Shown: positions 1-22,924 of the stretch, in pieces
Layout of the letters: each line of letters opens with the position of its first letter
Position numbering within the stretch: the stretch's first letter is position 1
Source: the human T2T-CHM13v2.0 reference genome, Homo sapiens
Reading direction: 5' to 3' (one strand)
DNA length: 64,000 nucleotides
Assembly (NCBI RefSeq): GCF_009914755.1
Contig: NC_060947.1
Translations under genes and position numbers: made by a program
Notes under the pieces: generated by a model
What the model was told of the DNA's origin: nothing
The model's input: the letters and a program-made list of their open reading frames with translations, nothing else
The model's database searches: none

Positions 1-1
1 G

Positions 2-271
<270 letters not shown>

Positions 272-360
272 TCAAAAAATAAATAAATAAAAATAAAAAA
301 TAAACCCAGTTAGGCTTGAGCACAGGGAGCCCCTTTTCTTTTTGTCAGGAAGGGTCTTAG

Positions 361-766
<406 letters not shown>

Positions 767-3444
767 TGACTCATCCTTTTGTTTTTGAATGATGCTATTT
801 TGCTCATTACCCTCTCACGTAATGCTTTTTTTGTATCTTTGGCTCCCCCTTTGTTGTTTGTTTGTTTTGTTTTTAACTCTTTTGACCTCTAGAAAGATCA
901 AGGCTGAGAGTTGAGGCTGCAGTGAGCCTTTGTTTTTGTCTAACCCTCTTGACCTCCAGTCGCTGATTCTCTCAAGCCCCTTCATGTCTTACCTCATCCC
1001 CTCACATCCCCTCACAATGCAAGATCTGGTCAAAGTATAAATTCATATTTTGTAGGAAATGCTAGCTTACAAAACAATATCACATCCCTACCTCCAGCCC
1101 AGGTGACCCACTTTCCCTCAAAGGGGGTTGCTTAGGTCCTCTTCCACTGGTCAGGGACAAAATGATTCCATAGTCTTCAAGATTAACAGTACTTTCTTTT
1201 TCCAAGGCTGAGGCTGTCAAGGGTGAGGCTGTCACCGCCTCCCAAGGAAGTGGAACTACCGGTGTGCACCAGCACCCCTGACACATTTTTGTTAATTTAT
1301 TTTTTTGCTAGAGACTAGGTCCCACTATGTTGCCTAAGCTGGTCTCAAACTCTTGCCTCAAGCAGTCCTCCTGCTTTGGCCTCCCAAAGTACTGGGATTA
1401 CAGGTGAGCCACTGTGCCTGACCAGCCACAAGACTCTATGTTGGGTGTGTAGGTGGGAAGCATATCCAGGTCCTCCTCACCATTATTCTGCCTCCAACAT
1501 TTATGCCATTTTTTTTTCCTTTGCAACTCAGTTCTCTATGCTTACCAAATGGAATCAGTAAGGTAGGGGAGGCGGGGTGGAAGTTTGTGTTGAAAACATA
1601 GATTCAGAAGCCCCTCCTTAAATTCACTGAGTTAGGATTTTCATAAATGAGGGAGCTGCCCCACACTCCCCTGGGATGAGATGATGGGGGTGCTTGTTCA
1701 AGACAATACAGTCAGGAGCCCTACTCCCTAAATTTATTCAATTGGAATCTCCCAAAATGGTGCTGGGAATTCTATTTAGAAAAAAGACCATTCACTTTTA
1801 ATTGGCAAATTTAGTTCATTTACATTTATTACGCTGGCCATCTGTCTGGAGCTAGCTCTTGAGCACTGTTTATTGCTTCTCTCTTTGCCCTGTTACTCTG
1901 AAATAGCTTTTATCAGACAGGCTTGGTGGCTCACACCTGTAATCCCAGCACTTTGGGAGACTGAGGGGGAAGGATTGCTTGAAACCAGGAGTTTGAGAAC
2001 AGCCTGCGAAACACAGAGAGACCCTGTCTCTACAAAAAAATTTTTTTAAGTTAGCCGGGCATGGTGGTGTGCCCGTAGTCCCAGCTATTTGGGAGGCTGA
2101 GGTGGGAGAGTCATCTGAGTGCAGGAATTTGAGGTTGCAGTGAGCTGATTGCACCGTTGCACTCCAGACTGGGTGACAGAGCAAGACCCTGTCTCTAAAA
2201 AAAATTTAAAAAAGAACTTTTTTATCTTTGAGGGCTTCCCAACTGGGATTCCTTGCTGAGCCTCTGTCATGCAGATGGAGAAGGCCAGGCCGAGGCCTGG
2301 AAGGAGGGGGGCAGGAGACAGCCCAGAAGCAGTTCTGCAAGGAGGTTTAGCAGGGGTGGCGCGGAGATTTGATCCTTGGAAGAAATCCTATGCTGCTGGG
2401 AGTTGAGATTCCTGAGAATTAGAGAGAAAAGAACTTTGGGTGCCCTTAGGTAAATTATGTAAACACACTGAGCTGTCTTGGGTGCCCAGGATTTGGAAAT
2501 GGGGCCTGGGGGCAGTAGGAGCTGGTGCTCCAGAAGTCATATTTGCGGGAGGTTGTGGGGATGGAAAGGGTGGGTAAGCCCTGACCCTGAGGGTCTCACA
2601 TGACTTTCAGCACATGGAGCCTCCATGGGGACTTTGGCTTCAAAGCCATCAAGCTCAAGAGTGTGGGCAAGTGTGGAGACAGAGGTGACTCTCCCCAGTG
2701 GATGCTGAAGAACTTAAAGGTGACTCTGTGGGCCGGGAACATCCGGCACAGCTGACCCAAAGTGCTGGTCTTGTTCCATAAGCCATGGCTATGGGGAAAG
2801 CCATAGGGGTTAACTGGTTCTTCCTGCCATCCCTCCCTCCCTTTCTTCCTTTTTCTTTTTGCTTCTTTGCTTTGCTTCCTTCCTTCTTTTTCCTTCCTGC
2901 CTGCCATTTTTTCCTTCCTTTCTTTTTAGAGATGAGGTCTCGCCCTGTCGCCCAGTGGCACGATCACAGCTCAGTGTAGCCTTGAACACTTTGGGAGGCC
3001 AAAGGCTCAAGTGATCCTCCCGCCTCAGCCTCCCAAGTAGGTGGGACTATAGGCACGTGTCACCACACCTAATTATTTAAATGTTATGCGGAGGCAGGGT
3101 CTCGCTATGTCACCCCAGCTGGTCTGAAACTCCTGGCCTCAAGCCATCTTAGTGCCCTAAAGTGCTGGGACTACAGATGTGAGTCACCGCACCTGGCCTA
3201 CTATTTCTTTCTTGACCCAAGAGAATTGGCTGGAGATGGATTTGACTTTTTGGTCTCTATGCACAGCCTGAATTCTTGGAGGCTGATGTGGATTGGATAA
3301 TTTGAGGACATGTTCTTGAGGCGGTGACAAGGTGGGGCATTGCTCGTCACATACCTGGGCTTGGAAGAGTGGGAGGAGGGACCTGTTGCTTGAATCTGGA
3401 GACAGAAAGAGCTATTGGAAAGACCTCCTTACTCCCAGGGGAGA

Positions 3445-4100
<656 letters not shown>

Positions 4101-4500
4101 AGCCTGATTATGCAATGACCTTGCAGCTCAGAGCTGGGGCGAACACTTCCTGCACAGCGCGGCTTCCACAGCCAGAGTTTGCCCAAATCACCTGGGGCAT
4201 TGGAGACAAAGGAAAACCACTTGAAAACAGTTCCAACGGGAAGCACGGCTCATCCTTGTGGCCGTAAACGATAAACAAACACTATAAATGGGCACCACAG
4301 ACAAAGCCACATCAGTGCCAGTTTTTATCTTTGGGGCCTATCTCCTGTTCATGTGCAAACCTGTAGGTCACAGAGACACCTTTGCTGGGACTTGTGCTGT
4401 TTTGGGCTACAGGGCAGCCTCTTCCAGACTGAGCTGGGGTCCATTGACAGACTCCTCCCCGACTGCAGGAGATACTTTGCCTCTCCAGTTTGGTGTCTGA

Positions 4501-4734
<234 letters not shown>

Positions 4735-5329
4735 TGATAGAGACAGGGTTTCACCATGTTGGTCGGGCTGGTCTCGAACTCCTGACCTCAAGTGATCTGC
4801 CTGCCTCTGTCTCCCAAAGTGCCGGGATTACAGGCGTGAGCCACTGCGCCTGGCCAGTGTTTATTGTTCATTTCTACTTTCTCTTGCCTTTTCCTTTGTT
4901 TTTCACAGGGGGAAACTATTCATCCTTATGCAAATAGATATCTTAACATGACACTGAAGTTTGTTTCATTTTTTTGTTTTCTTTCTTTTTTGAGACAGGG
5001 TCTTGCTCTGTTGCCCAGGCTGGGGTGCAGTGGTACAATCATAGCTCAGTACAGCCTCCAACTCCGGTGCTCAAATGATCCTCCTGCCTTAGCCTCCTGA
5101 GAAGCTAGAACTACAGGCGTGTGCCACCATGCAGGCTAATTTTTTTTTTATTTTTGTTTTGTAGAGCTAGAGTTTCATCATGTTGCCCAGGTTGGTTTTG
5201 ATCACGGGAGTGATCCTCCTGTGGTGGCCTCCTAAAGTGCTGGGATGACAACCACCATGGCCAGCTGGTTTGTTTCAATTTGAGTGACAAAATTTAGGAA
5301 TCGGGGCTCCAGCTTTTCACTGCAGACAT

Positions 5330-5764
<435 letters not shown>

Positions 5765-5769
5765 CTAAA

Positions 5770-6150
5770 AGGTAGGCCTAACCCAAGCGTCCATCGATGG
5801 ATGGACAGATAAACAAAACATGGTACATCTTACATGGCATACTCTGCAGCTATGAGAAGGAATGACACAATGACACAGGCTGCAACATCAACGAACTTTC
5901 AAAATACTACGCTCAGAGAAAGAAGTTACAAAAGAGCACACATTGCATGATTCCATTCACATTGAATGTCAAGGATAGGGAAACACATAATGACAGGAAG
6001 TAGAGTAGTGGTTTCCAGGGTCTGCAGGGTGTGAAATGGAGAGTGACTGCTGATAGGAACAGTGTCTGCTTTTGGCGTGATGAAAATGTTCTGGAGCTAC
6101 ATAGACGTGGAGGTTGCACAACACTGTGAAAGCACGAAGTGCCTGTGAAT
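5770..6150 (+). mobile_element. Old L1M 3' fragment
   Basis: cccaagcgtccatcgatggatggacagataaacaaaacatggta...ggaggttgcacaacactgtgaa resembles the L1MB/MC 3' UTR. Confidence 0.7.
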
Positions 6151-6165
6151 TGCACTCAGTCAGTT

Positions 6166-6197
<32 letters not shown>

Positions 6198-7229
6198 TTT
6201 ATTTGAGACAGAGTCTTGCTCTGTCGCCCAGGCTAGAGTGCAGTGGTGCAACCTCCGCCTCCTGGGTTCAAGTGATTCTCCTGCCTCAGCCTCACAAGTA
6301 GCTGGGATTACAGGAGTGCGCCTGTAATTGTTCACAAAGAAGATGAAGTCGTGTTAAGGTCAGGTGATTAAAACATTTGGAAGCACATCTAGATGCATAA
6401 AATAGACTACAAAAGGCTGGGCGTGGTGGCTCACACCTGCAATTTCAGCATTTTGGGAGGCCAAGATGGGTGGATTGCTTGAGCCCAGGAGTTGCCTGGG
6501 CAACATACTGAGACCTTGTTTCAACTTAATAAAGAAAAATTGGAGACCAGGCGTGGTGGCTCATGCCTGTCATCCCAGCACTTTGGGAGGCCGAGGAGGG
6601 TGGATCACTTGAGGCCAGGGGTTCAAGAACAGCTTGCCCAACATGGTGAAACCCCATCTCTACTAAAAATACAAGAAATTAGCCAGGTGTAGTGGTGGGC
6701 ACCTGTAATCCCAGCTACTCAGGAGGCTGAGGCAGGAGAATCACTTGAACCCGGGAGACTGCAGTTGCACTCCAGCCTGAGCGACAAAGACTAGTCTCAA
6801 AAAAATAATTACAAAAAAATAAGAAAAAAAAGAGACTAGAAAAGTCTTGAACACATGTGTGTGCAAGCATGTGTGCGTGCGTGTGTGTATGCATGCACAT
6901 ACGTGTGTGTGATGATGATAAAAGTTGCACTTCATATAGTGCAGGGAAGAAAGAATGAAATATAGCCCATACATGGTGCTGAAACTATAGGTAACGACTC
7001 CCCATCGTTTTAAGACGATTGGCAGGTGATCTCAGAAGGCATGTCGCTGGAATGAGAGGGACACATATTGACAAAAACTAAATTTAAAAAGCTCGTGGAG
7101 AAAAACGGAAGTGCGGAGACATGGAGATGGACTCTGGAATGCAGCTCCATCCCTAGCCTGTTCTAGGGCATGGTGCTTTCCTGCACAGAGGGACTCTTTC
7201 CCTAAGGGTGTTAGGAAGGGGCTCCCCTA

Positions 7230-7466
<237 letters not shown>

Positions 7467-7721
7467 TCAGTGGAGGGAAAGTCTGGGTGTGAACGCAGAT
7501 GGATGGAAGGCATGTGTGTGCATTAGCACGCTTAGAAGAAGAATGCAGCAGCTGCCCACGTTAGTCACCACCAAACGTCACCTTTGGCTAAAAAGTAATT
7601 AATTGGCCAGGCACAGTGGCTCGTGCGTGTAATCCCAGCACTTTGGGAGGTCGAGGCGGGTGGATCACCTGAGGTCAGGAATTCGGGATCAGCCTGGCCA
7701 ACATGGTGAAACCCCGTCTCA

Positions 7722-8484
<763 letters not shown>

Positions 8485-8526
8485 ATTTCAGGGACGCCTT
8501 ACTGCAAAGCCAAAGTGACATGTTCA

Positions 8527-9920
<1,394 letters not shown>

Positions 9921-10841
9921 TAATACTGACATTCTTGATGGCACAGAGAACCAGATTGGGTAGAGGATACATTAACGTCAATGGCAATGAGATAAAGAAG
10001 GTTTCTGAGGAGTCAGGCCTTCAATGTGAAGTTGTTGTGGGAAGGCATTAGTGGATGTAGTTGGCATTTATATATCCCGTTTTACATATGTACTAGACTG
10101 ATGGATCCATCTACTTCAAAGCAAATATACATCATAGGTATATTTGCCAATATTAGCCTAAAAAGGCTCTTTCAAGGACTGAAAAATAAAGCTCTCTAAG
10201 CAGGGAGAAGACAAAATGTGTAAGCACAACAGTGTGAAGTCATGTACACGGGGCAGCACATTTTAGAATCTTTGTGGTACACGAAAGAATGGCGTGTTTG
10301 GAAACAATGGAATACAGGTTTGAATATAATGTGGCCAGCTAGGTGTCTACCCTTCTACCTTTTTTTTTTTTTTTTTTTTTTGAGACAGAGTCTTACTCTG
10401 TCACCCAGGCGAGAGTGCAGTGGCACAATCTCAGCTGACTGCAACCTTCACCTCCCAGGTTCAAGCAATTCTCCTGCCTCAGCCTCCTCAGCTGGGATTA
10501 CAGGCGTGCACCACCACGCCTGGCTAATTTTTGTATTTTTAGTAGAGATGAGGTTTCACCATGTTGGCCAGGCTGGTCTCAAACTCCTGACCTCAAGTGA
10601 TCTGCCTGCCTCGGTCTCCCAAAGTGCTGGGATTACAGGTGAGAGCCACTGCGCCTGGCCTTATCCTTCTTGGATGCATTGTCTGAAGGTAAAATTCAAA
10701 CCTGAGTCCACACAATGGAATATATTCAGCCATGGAAAGGAATGAAACATTTCCACAACACAGATGAACCTCAGAGGCATCATGCTAAGTAAAAACAAAA
10801 AAACTCCACATATTGCATGATTTCATTTACATAAATGTCTA

Positions 10842-11015
<174 letters not shown>

Positions 11016-11479
11016 TTAAATAATAAACAAATCAAAAATAAGTTTTTGGGTGATGGATGTTAGCACGGGGGAAAAGGGAGTGACTGCTATGAGTAGAGGA
11101 TTTTTTTGTGAGGTGATGAAATGTTCTGAAATAAACAGTGGTGGACCACATGTGGTGGCTCATGCCTGCTGTCATCCCAGCACCTTGGGATGCCAACGTG
11201 GGAGGATCACTTGAGGTGAGGAGTTTGAGACCAGCCTGGGCAACATGGCAAAACCCCATCTCTACAAAAATACAAAAATTAGCCAGGAGTGGTTGCATGC
11301 ACCTGTAGTCCCAGCTACTTATGATCGCTGAGACAGGAGGATCACTTGAGCCCAGGAGGCAAAGGTTGCGGTGAGCCAAGATCGTACCACTGTACTCCAG
11401 CCTGGGAGATAGAGCCAGACTGTCTCAATAAAAATAAATAAAAATAATAACAATAAATTTTACGAATGAAAATAGTGAT

Positions 11480-12381
<902 letters not shown>

Positions 12382-12439
12382 TGATGATGGTTACACAACT
12401 CTGATAATCTACTAAAAATTCCTTAATTGTGCACAAAAA

Positions 12440-13788
<1,349 letters not shown>

Positions 13789-14223
13789 TTAGTTTTAACG
13801 CATAATGGAAGTCAGCTGTTGGATAATTTTGATATCCTTTGTTGGAGATTGATGTATGACTTTATATGCACCCCATCCTTTGGTCAGAATTTTAGGCAAC
13901 CTACAAGGACAAAATATCAAAAACTTAAAAGTGCAGCATGCAGGCTGGGCACAGTGGCTCACACTTGTAATCCCAGCACTTTAGGAGGCCGAGGCAGGAG
14001 GATCATTTGGGGTCAGGAGTTGTAGACCAGCCTGGCCAACATGATGAAACTACATCTCTACTAAAAATACAAAAATTAGCCGGGCGTGGTGGCACATGCT
14101 TGTAGTACCAGCTACTTGGGAGGCTGAGGCAGGAGAATAGCTTAAACCCGGGAAGTGGAGATTGCTGTGAGCTGAGATCACGCCACTGCGCTCCAGCCTG
14201 GGTGACAGAGTGAGACTCGGTCT

Positions 14224-14256
<33 letters not shown>

Positions 14257-14675
14257 GAGGCATGTGAATATTCCTGAGAAGAAAGCATAGACTGAAAATG
14301 CAGACCAGTCCTCAAAAGTGACCCTGAGCTTCTTGCAGCCACACACAAGGGAACTCATGTCATTAATGTCACTCACAGTTGGCCGGGCACAGTGGCTCAT
14401 GCCTGAAATCTCAGCAATTTGAGAGGCTGAGGTGGGAGGCTCTTTGAGCCTATGAGTTTGAGACCAGCCTGAACAACACAGCAAGAACTTGTCTCTACAA
14501 ATAATAAAAAAATTAGCCGGGTGTGGTAGTGCACACCTGTGGTCCCAGGTACTTGGGAGGCTGAGGTGGGAGGATTGCTTGAGCCTGGGAAGGCAGGGTG
14601 CAGTGAGCCACGGTTGCACCACTGCACTCCAGCCTGGGTAAGAGTGAGACCCTGTCGGCCAGGCGCAGTGGCTCA

Positions 14676-15029
<354 letters not shown>

Positions 15030-15384
15030 CTAGCTTGTTGAGGAAACAATTTTTTTTTTTTAAATACGTCGTTCACCCAAATCTCTGATGGCAATTATTC
15101 TGAGGATCCTGGGATTCGCAGCCCACCACCACCTAAACCCTGCGGTTCCTAAGTTCTTTTCTGGGAGGCAGGGATGTGCTGTGCCCATATACAGGTGCTC
15201 ACCCAGCCCTGACTCACTCAAGCAATATTCCCCTTCCATCCTGTTCTAAACCCAGGAAATATAATGAGGGAATGAGGCAAGACAATCCGGCCCCACAGGA
15301 GTTTATATTCCCCTGGGGGAAATGGAAAATCAACCTACCTAACACATGGTCACGAAGAGAAGCAATGGTGATGCTGTGTTAGGA

Positions 15385-15560
15385 AAAAAAGAAGAAAGAA
15401 GACAGAAAGAAGAAAGAAGAAGAAGAGGAAGAAGTGGAAGAGGAAGAAGAAGGAGGAGGAGGAGGAGGAATATGAAGAAGAAGAATAAGAAGAAGAAGAA
15501 GAAGAAGAGGGGGAGGAGGAGAAAGGAGGAAGAGGAGGAGGAAAACAAAGGCAAAACAAA
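15385..15560 (+). repeat. GAA/GGA polypurine low-complexity tract
   Basis: (AAG)n and (AGG)n runs seen directly. Confidence 0.95.
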
Positions 15561-15919
15561 AAAGGACCACAGGAGAATGGGGGAGAAGATGATTGGGGAG
15601 GAGCTACTTTAGGGGTGCGTCAGGGCAGGCTCTGAAGAGGAGCCAGTGAAGCCTGAGGAAGCATTCCAGGAGGGAACAGCAGGTGTGGAAGCCCTGACAG
15701 GGGACAAATGTGAAAGATACTGTGTGGCGTCCACGTGGCCAGAATGCAGCAGGTGGGGAGGACAAGGGGGTTGGGTAGAGGTCAGACTAGGATCTGGGCA
15801 GCAGCAGGTCATGGGGCTTTTGTAGGTGATAGGAGGAAATTTAGTCCTATTTTCAGTGCAGTGGAGCCACTAGCCACTCTACAGCGGAGAGGAATTTTAT
15901 CTGCTCTTTCTTTTGTTTG

Positions 15920-16268
15920 TCTACCACATGGCAATAGGACGTAGACATCTTTGGGGCCAAAATTCTGTATGCCACTTGGGAATTCAGACGTGGAAATCTC
16001 TGAGGTCATTATTCTCTCTAACACATGGGGATTAAGACGTGGACATCTTTGGAGTCATTATTCTGTCTAGCACATGGGGATTAGGATGTGGACATCTTTG
16101 GGGCCATTATTCTGTCTCCCACATGGGGATTAGAAAGTGGCTATCTTTGGGGCCATTTTTATGTCTACCACATCAAGATTAGGACGTGGATGTCTCTGCA
16201 GCCATTATTCTGTCTAGGGAGTGGACAGCTTTCTGCCACATGGGATTAAGATGTGGACATCTTTGGCC
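15920..16268. repeat. ~49-bp minisatellite, about 7 diverged units
   Basis: Consensus approx. TGGGGATTAGGACGTGGACATCTTTGGGGCCATTATTCTGTCTACCACA. Confidence 0.9.
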
Positions 16269-16434
16269 GAATCGCATTGCCTCCCGTGCATGTGTTATGG
16301 AATTCACCCTCTGCTAATGCAGTGAAGATCTGTGCTATAATATTTTGCACTCTTAAAATCCAATCGCACTGCAATCGCTATTCTGCATCTTCTGTCTTTA
16401 ACCTTCTCATTCTTTGTTTCCTTTCCTGCTTCTA

Positions 16435-16695
<261 letters not shown>

Positions 16696-16829
16696 TCACT
16701 TGTCACATCATTACTCAAATGTCTTCTCAACTCTGCTCACCAAAAAGAAACACTCAAAACTCTTCTTCAACGGAAAATTAATTCTTATATTTAACAATCT
16801 TCCTTTTTTTTTTTTTTTGGCTATTTTAA

Positions 16830-16961
<132 letters not shown>

Positions 16962-17033
16962 TAACAGGCCCAGCTAATTTTTTTTTTTTTTTTTTTTTTT
17001 TTTGTAGAGACAGGGTCTCACTATGTTTACTAG

Positions 17034-17419
<386 letters not shown>

Positions 17420-18076
17420 TGAGGCAGGAGCATTGCTTCAGCCTAGGAGTTCAAGACCAGCATGGGAAACATAGCAAGACCCCATCTCTACTAAAAATAC
17501 AAAAATTAGCGGGATGTGGTGACATGCACCTGTACTCCCAACTGCTCAGGAGGGTGGGGTGGGAGGATTGCTTGACCCTGGGAGGAGGAGGTTGCGGTGA
17601 GCTGAGATTGCGCCACTGCACTTCAGCCTGGACAACCGGATTGAAATCCTGTCTCAAAATAAATAAATAAATAAATAAAAACCCACACTGATCTAATGCA
17701 TCTTTTCCCCCCCGAATATTATAATTTTCTAACTCTACTGCTTAATGCAAAGTTAAAAGAACTGTAGGTTACTGACATGACTTTTATTTTGTTCAATTAT
17801 TTCAATATCTATTTTTAACCTCAAGCTTTAGCTTATAGAATAAGTGGTGCCACACATTCCATTTTCTTTATAATTGCTATCACGTAGTGAGGATTAGGAC
17901 ATAAAATAGTTATAAAAAACACACTTTACAAATGAGGCATATTGGGTTATTCATATTATTTCCATTGTCCTCCTTGAAAGCAGTGTTTTAGCTTCTCCCT
18001 CCCTTCACCCGGCCTTCATGGTCTAATCTAGATCCTTGAAGCCTAAGAGCAATGGTGAAGGTGTTAGCCTTAATTA

Positions 18077-18259
<183 letters not shown>

Positions 18260-19453
18260 TCAATGTCCTTTCTGTCATACATTAGGTATTGCCATGAAGA
18301 ACTCTCTAAGAGGCTGGATGCAGTGGCTCACGCCTGTAATCCCAGCACTTTGGGAAGCCGAGGCGGGTAGATCACTTGAGGTCAGGAGTTCAAGACCAGC
18401 CTGGCCAACATGGCAAAACCCATCTCTATTAAAAATATAAAAGTTATCTGAGCATGGTGGTGCATGCCTGTAATCCCAGCTACTTGGGAGGCTGAGGTAC
18501 AGGAATTGCTTGAACTCAGGAGCGGAGGTCGCAGTGAGCCAAGATTGCACCACTGCAGTCCGGCCTGGGCCATAGCTCGAGACTCTGTCTCAAAAAAAAA
18601 AAGAAAAAAATTATCTAAGAATGTTGTAGGAGATGATGACAACCTCATTGTCACCAGGTAAGGTGACTTTTGATGGTGTTACCATCTTTACTAGAATGCC
18701 CTTGGGGAGCATGAAAATAGCTGTGTAGTACTGAGAACTAGTTTCATCCCATTTCTCCTGGTCCCACACAGGAATTTTCCTTGCCATAAAATTGACCGCA
18801 GGCTGAATTCTGCCAAAAGACATCTGACTTCTGAAGATAGACTTTTTTTTAAGTTTATAATTGATTATAAAGCCCTTCAGGTGATGCAGGTTACTTAAAT
18901 AGTGTCTGTGGTGATCCGAGGATGCTAATGGAATAAGACTGACCCCAGAGTAGTAGCAAATTCCAGCTGACCTGTAACAATTTCTTTTTGAGACAAGGCC
19001 TTGCTCTGTCGCCCAGGCTCCCTTCATAGCCTCACTACATAGCCTCAACCTCCTGGGCTCAAGTGATCCTCCTGCCTCAGCCTCCCAAGTAGCTGGGCCT
19101 ACAAGTCCATGCCACCACAGCCAGCTAATTTTTAAAATTTTTGTGGAAATGGGGTCTTGCTGTGTTGTCCAGGCTGGTCTCTAACTCCTGGCCTCAAATT
19201 ATCCTCTTGCCTCAGTCTCCCGAGTAGCTGGGATAACAGGTGTGTACCACTATGCCCAGCTCAGCTGTAACAATGTTTTAATGGACACAAGGCAAGTCAC
19301 AGGGCTCCACTGACCCTCATCTATGCCCCATTCTTACCAAAAAATTGTCCTTCTAGGTCATGGCTATCCCATTCTTCAAACGTCAATTAAAGAAAACGAC
19401 TTTTTTTTTTTGAGACAGGTTCTCCCTGTGTCACCCAGGCTGGAGTGCAGTGA

Positions 19454-19696
<243 letters not shown>

Positions 19697-19716
19697 TGAC
19701 TGAAGAAGACTATTTA

Positions 19717-20340
<624 letters not shown>

Positions 20341-20409
20341 TTATTTGCACCACAATCTGGCCTCATCGTTTCAGGGGAATGAGGACCCCATGTGTCAGCT
20401 TTAACCAAA

Positions 20410-21640
20410 ATATTAGTTACCCGTGACAGGTGGAACAAATTACTGTAAAACTGTTCACTTAATACAACAGAAATCTATCCTCTCCCAGTCCTAGAGACCA
20501 GGAGTCTGAGATCAAAGTGTCTCCAGGCCACACTCAAATTGGAGGCTCTAGGGGAGGATCCTTCCTGCCTCTCCCAGCTCCTGAGGGCTCCAGGCCTCCC
20601 TGGGCTTGTGGCCGCATCACTCCAGTCTCCATCTCCATGTTTCCATGGCGTTGTCCTCTGTGTGTGTCTGCGACCTAATCTCTTGTCTCATAAGGACAGC
20701 AGTCATCGCAGTAGGGCCCACTGTAGAGACCTCATCTTTACTTGATTATATCTGCAATGACTCTATTGTGAGCTGGATCCTGGCCTGCCTCAAATTCATG
20801 AGTTGAAGCCCTAACACCCAGGACCTCAGAATGTGACTGTGTTTGGAGACAGGGTGTTCAAAGGATAATTAATGTAAAATGAGGTCATTAGTTTGGGCAC
20901 TGATATGGTTTGGCTGTGTCCTCATGCAAATCTCACCTTGAATTGTAATAATCCCTATGTGTCAAGAGTGGAGCCAGGTGGAGGTAATTGAATCATGGAG
21001 GTGGTTTCCCCTACACTGTTCTCATGGTAGTGAATGAGTCTCACAAGATCTGATGGTTTTATAAATGGGAGTTCCCCTGCACATGCCCTCTTGCCTGCCG
21101 CCATGAAAGACATGCCTTTGCTTCTCCTTTGCCTTCCACCATGATTGTGAGGCCTCCCCAGCCATGTGAAACTGGAAGTCCATTAAACCTCTTTTCTTTA
21201 TAAATTACCCAGTCTTGGGTATGTCTTTATTAGCAGCGTGAGAACAGACTAATACAGGCCTTAATCTGATAGAACTTGTGTCCTATAAGAAGAGGATAGT
21301 AGGACACAGACACACACATACTCTCTCCAGAGGCTCTAGGGGAGGATCCTTCCTGCCTCTCCCAGCTCCTGGTGGCTCCAGCTATCCCTTGGCTTGTGGT
21401 CGCCTCACTTTAATCACACTGCTTTCTCCTCTCTGTGGCCCAATCTTCCTCTACCTCCATGTTAAACGAAGCCTTGTCCTTGCACAGTGGGCCCAGCTGG
21501 ATAATTCAGGATCATCTTCTCACCTCAAGATTGTTCACTTAATCACATTTACAAAGACTCTTTTTGCATATAAGCTAATATTTGCTAGATTCAGAGGTTA
21601 GGGCCTGACATCTCTGGGACCATTATTTAGTCTATTGCAC
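20410..21640. mobile_element. MLT1 fragments in both orientations, hosting a nested THE1 LTR
   Basis: ggctctaggggaggatccttcctgcctctcccagctcct is the reverse of the 9-kb unit; MLT1A/B-like sequence at 20766-21320. Confidence 0.75.
20901..21256 (+). mobile_element. THE1/MST-type solo LTR
   Basis: TGATATGGTTTGGCTGTGTC...GAACAGACTAATACA; degenerate TSD ggcac/ggcct. Confidence 0.9.
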
Positions 21641-22084
21641 CTTGTTTTGCAGTGCAATGATGAAGGCCGGAAAGCACCATGTGATATCAGCAGCATGGGC
21701 AAAAGACTTCTGGACTTTGGAATTGTTCTCTCTTTGAGAAACCACTATCATAGTGGCCATGGTTGAAGTGGGTGGTGGGTTTTGCAAGGCACACCTTTCA
21801 AATTCAGTCAAAGGAATATAGTCTTTGCTTCCATGTAGCCACTACTATGGTGTTGACAAAGAGATGTCAACCACCCCAATGCTGTCTGCCATCTGGAAAA
21901 CCTCATGATTTCCCAATGGATATCCCTTAAGGATAGACTCTTCTGTCTTAGAAAAATTATAGTTGGCCAGGCATGGTGGTTCACAACTATAATCCCAGCA
22001 CTTTGGGAGGCCGAGGTGAGAGGATTCCTTGTGCCCAGGATTGCTGGAGACCAGCCTGGGTAGCATGGGAAGACCCCATCTCTA

Positions 22085-22378
<294 letters not shown>

Positions 22379-22774
22379 TTATAATTTTTAATTTTTAGAA
22401 ATATAGTTTATTGAATTTTATACTCATTGTATCCACTAGTCATGTTGTTTGTTATCAATAAATGGAACTGTTGATAACAATCATTACTATAACACAATAA
22501 TGATAATGGCAACTTGGTCTCCTCTCAAGGAACTGTTGTCATTAATTTTATTTTTCATCCAATACATGACATGTTTGTTGACTTGTAGAAAAATAACCAT
22601 GTTAGTTATGGAAGCTGACAGGGAGGTACTAAATCTAGTAAAGACATTTTCATACACACCAAGGGGAAAAATAGGTAGCATTACAGAAATTTTTGATGCA
22701 AGAATATATTTTTTCTTATTTTTTTTTATCATGGTCTACGAGAACATTGTTTGAGATGCCAAATATTTCATTAA

Positions 22775-22924
<150 letters not shown>

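Noticed and set aside
15339-15612. Lys/Arg-rich protamine-like and poly-Ser/Leu ORFs
   Set aside because: Artefacts of the GAA/GGA simple repeat.
15920-16268. Possible CRISPR-like array
   Set aside because: Contiguous diverged units with no unique spacers, in eukaryotic intronic DNA and derived from an LTR end.
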